DNA from: Octopus bimaculoides
Lineage: Eukaryota
Reading direction: 5' to 3'
NCBI RefSeq assembly: GCF_001194135.2
Contig: NC_069003.1
Span: 28,934,403-28,983,622, forward strand
Length of the DNA stretch: 49,220 nucleotides
Below the pieces are notes generated by a model, which did no database searches, had not been told where the DNA came from, and saw only the letters and a program-made list of their open reading frames with translations. Below, one piece after another: positions 45,315 through 49,220 of the stretch; position 1 is the first letter of the stretch; each line of letters starts with the position of its first letter. Both the position numbers and the translations under genes were made by a program.

Positions 45315-46140
45315 ACGATAATACATTTATAGCAGTATTCTAATAGACATTTATTTATATTCATATAGCAAGCGGTAAAGTGTCAAATATATTTTGATTT
45401 GAAGAATCTAGCTCCCATGTTTTACTCTGTAATTTTCCATTAAGTGGAAAACAAATTAGAATATTCAAAAATAAATTATCGCCGTAATGTATGTCGTTTA
45501 TTTGTTTTCTTTTTATTACTTAAATAAACTTTATGCAAATATTTATAGAAATAAATTTTATTAAGATAATTATGTAGGGAATGGAAAGCATTCTATTGGA
45601 AAGATGAAAAAATGTTTTTGCAACTGCACAATGGTTAGCACATACTTAATTTAAATGTAAATCCCGTACTCCTAATTTAATTAGTTTCATTACAAGTTAA
45701 GTCTAAATACTAATTTGACTGTAAAGACATTGATTTCATTAAGTTCTTGCTCTGTATGCACATTCTTAGTCTATACACAGATACAAAAACACCTACGCAC
45801 ACACATGTCCTCTCTCACACACATCTCACAAACACCCACACATATAACACATGCACACATAAAGAAAGAAAAATATTCCTAATAAAGACTTAGGTATCAT
45901 TGGTTTACGGAGAAACCTACATTATCATTAGAACTGGATTAAGAGTATCTATCGACCAGTAAATATTGCCTGTATGGATACACAGACACACACGCACACA
46001 TCACATACACACAACAAAATACATAATTGTTTACGTAAGTATATGTATGTTCATCCATATATATTTATACATATGCGTATATATGTGTAAAAAGGTTGAA
46101 TTAGATTCGTCCTTCAATTTGGAGCTTTCCAAAGAAAGAT

Positions 46141-46205
46141 TTCTAATATAGATTCTTCACATTCTAATATAGATTCTTCACATTCTAATATAGATTCTTC
46201 ACATT
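46141..46205. repeat. 21-bp minisatellite (TTCTAATATAGATTCTTCACA) x3, perfect
   Basis: Direct reading. Confidence 0.95.
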
Positions 46206-46282
46206 TTGCTATAGTTATAGTTATAATATTCTTTCGAAACCTAGACAGCATAGAAGTGCTCAGGTCGAGGCTGAGGCGTTAG

Positions 46283-46334
46283 ATAAGTATAGTGGATACA
46301 ATACAAAGAATTCAGATCAGCCAAACAACGGTTA

Positions 46335-46368
<34 letters not shown>

Positions 46369-47010
46369 TTGCAGTTTTAGTTAACATAAATGTATCAATT
46401 GTCCAAGCTGAATCATATATTGATATATTATTGATATAAAAATATATGAATACTTTATCTTCGTCTCACATGTAACCCAAAACTCTTTTTAATGCCTATT
46501 ATTTTCTATATACCATATTTTAATTTGAAAAAAAAATCGTTTTTCCTTATATTCTGTTATTATTATTTTTATACATTTATGCATTGATATATCCATGTAT
46601 ATTTTTAGTATTCATATATTTTTATATCTCTAATATGTCAATGTATGTTTCAGCTTGGACAAATCTTATTTCTCTCTTAATTAAACTCGTGTATATATAT
46701 NNNNNNNNNNNNNNNNNNNNNNNNNNNNNNNNNNNNNNNNNNNNNNNNNNNNNNNNNNNNNNNNNNNNNNNNNNNNNNNNNNNNNNNNNNNNNNNNNNNN
46801 NNNNNNNNNNNNNNNNNNNNNNNNNNNNNNNNNNNNNNNNNNNNNNNNNNNNNNNNNNNNNNNNNNNNNNNNNNNNNNNNNNNNNNNNNNNNNNNNNNNN
46901 NNNNNNNNNNNNNNNNNNNNNNNNNNATATATATATATATATATAAGTAAAATGGATACAATAGAGAAAGTTCAAATCAAGCAAACTACGGTTAACACAC
47001 ACACATATAT
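46283..47010 (+). repeat. Pair of about 65-bp direct repeats 660 bp apart, each ending in (CA)n
   Basis: ATAAGTATAGTGGATACAATACAAAGAATTCAGATCAGCCAAACAACGGTTAACACAC (46283) vs ATAAGTAAAATGGATACAATAGAGAAAGTTCAAATCAAGCAAACTACGGTTAACACAC (46943). Confidence 0.75.
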
Positions 47011-49169
47011 ATATATACACATATAAAATATAACCTCACCTAAAAGGATAAATTAAAGCAATGGAACCAGGCGCTTTTGAACACTGTATAATGAGGTATG
47101 TTAAATTCAGTTCAGTCATGTATCTCAGCAGTTGATTAATGATTATATTAGTATACGCACGCAAATATATTTAAATAAATACACCCATAAATTATCAGAT
47201 ATGACTAACTTGGGTTTTTTTTCTTTTGCTTTTGTAGTTGATTATATAATATTTTTAGAATAAATGCAAATAAAGTTTATATGCCTGGTGTCAGAATCCC
47301 AATGTGCATGTCTGTGTTGGCTTCATATCAGATTATTTTTATTTCCTGTTTAAGTGTTTCCAAGATTATAAATGGAAACATAATGCTAGAGATACTGCAA
47401 TGAATTTGAAAACATTGCGTGACTTCGAAAGTCATTGCATTCAACTATCAAACACAGTAAAGTGCTAATACAAACGGCAACATAATCAGAAAAGTTGAAA
47501 CAGCCGTCTTCTGATGTTTTATGTATACATTGGCACCAATCGGCTGCTCCTATTTCAACATCGTTCAGAGTACCAAAGCCTTCAGTAATATTTATTACAA
47601 ACTGCTATTACTAAAATGATATTAATATTTGTTCGTTTAATATTTTCATACACAAGAGACTAAATATGGAGAAGAAAAATCTGAATCACATTACGAGATG
47701 ATTTTACTCCAACCGCAACATACGCGATACAGGGTAGTTATAGGGGTGTACAGCATATATAAAAGAATTGTTCAAACTAATATACAGCAGTAAGCTGGTC
47801 ATTATTTTACAAATAAATAATATTTGTCATGACAAATATTCAGTATAAAGCTTTGTTAATAGCCAATAAAAATAACTTCAAACTCAGATGAAACTTACTA
47901 ACAACTAAATGCAATACTTCACTCTGTGAAAATCGATATATTGTTATAAATTCCTTCATATCGTGAAATATCATTGATATTTTACAACGCTGAAACAATT
48001 ATTTTAATCATCATCTAAGCGAATAAACTAAAACGTTTATATCCTTTGGCATGGTATTTTAAACTTGCATAAATACAATATTGTATGACGAAATCATGTT
48101 CGAAATTTATAACAAATATTTTATATCGCGTATTTCGAATAATGATATGATAGACTGTAACTCACTGAAGTAAGAAACGTAAAGTGTAATAATCGACTAG
48201 GAAATCGATGATTTCAATATATGAAAGAAATGTTCATGTTTAAATCAATTTAGAGTAAAAATATATATTATATTATTAAAAACTAACAAAAGAATTTATT
48301 ACTTTATATTCACAAAAAACTCATATCAAACGACAGAGTATAACATATTTTCACAGACCTCTCTGCATTACGGAAACGTTTTGTTCAATAAAATTATATT
48401 ATAACGTAGATTATCGTAAGATGAAGCTTAGCTCTTATTCACTTTCAAGTTGCCTAAATATCAAGGAACATAGAGGCAAATATGATATACATTTTACGTT
48501 TTAGATGAAGATATTGAGTAATGCAGGGCCTTGTTCCGTAATGCAGTAAAAGTCTACTTATGTATTTGAAACATCTATATGATCAAAATCATTCTGTAAT
48601 CTTCCTGAATGTTTGTAATTGTCATATACGGTGGCGAAATTAATTCATGTTTACTTACCAGGGATTAACACGTGCGATCTTGTAGGTGGTTTGTTATTCT
48701 TGTTGTTGTCGTTTAGCTTAATCCAGTTTCAAGCGAGCAGGCTTGTCTTCACAACTGTTTCTGTCACAACGGTAAAATGTATTTATGCATTCCTGACAAC
48801 GTTGATCAACACAAATTCTCAGTTACCACCAATTATACATTGACGCTACCACTGCTCTATCCAGCAGAGACTTCCTCGTTCACGTTGTTGTCATATGGTC
48901 AGGTGTTGTGCTGAAGGGACTGTACAGCAATCGTGGAACTAGTAATGTTATTTAACCGATTTCTCATTGTATTATCTGTAGAAATTATAAATGCAACCAA
49001 AAGCCCAAAAGTAGAATAACTGATAGACAAGATTTTAGTCTTTTGTTGTCACAGAAGAGGAAAATATATTTTCACTTTCGTCTTAACTTAATTTATTTGC
49101 GTCAAGGCTGATTTGAAAGATTAAAATTATTCTTAATAGAAAGAATTGCAGTTTGAGGTTGCTGCACAT

Positions 49170-49174
<5 letters not shown>

Positions 49175-49220
<46 letters not shown>
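49175..49220. repeat. (TA)n microsatellite running off the window end
   Basis: Direct reading. Confidence 0.95.

Larger units (their letters stand above)
5142..46926. other. Twelve assembly gaps: 5142-5493, 6635-6814, 9824-10108, 11036-11057, 15551-15655, 20864-21672, 23206-23451, 28106-28240, 29130-29779, 37186-37877, 38981-39228, 46701-46926
   Basis: N runs totalling 3,950 nt; coordinates span first to last gap. Confidence 0.98.

Noticed and set aside
4176-47020. Long ORFs in the track made of YI, HT, RE, SL, CV, YLSI repeats or X runs (e.g. 5086..5670, 20750..21748, 37090..38046)
   Set aside because: They are translations of microsatellites and N-gaps, which lack stop codons.

Overview
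AT-rich, repeat-dense eukaryotic draft-assembly sequence with 12 N-gaps (3,950 nt in total), most flanked by (TA)n. The SINE families and microsatellite load resemble those I associate with Octopus/coleoid cephalopod genomes; this is an inference from recalled repeat sequences, not a database result. No intact, confidently identifiable protein-coding, rRNA or tRNA gene is visible, and most entries in the ORF track are microsatellite or N-gap artefacts. The explainable content includes at least four tRNA-headed SINE families (about 20 copies or fragments) and decayed DNA transposons: an internally deleted Chapaev3-type element at 15.0-16.2 kb, a maT/DD37D remnant at 26.0-26.7 kb, a mariner 3' end at 38.8 kb and two hAT-type MITEs. 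There are also RTE-type LINE scraps and many micro/minisatellites. The best non-repeat candidate is a 71-codon ORF at 4522-4737 with a signal-peptide-like N-terminus, four Cys, two N-glycosylation sequons and splice-like signals on both sides. The most unusual structure is a nested fold-back at 12.4-14.6 kb: an inverted pair of diverged unclassified repeats enclosing two (TA)n tracts and a 31/32-bp stem. I found no clear evidence for a new multi-component biological system, and all findings below are leads to test.
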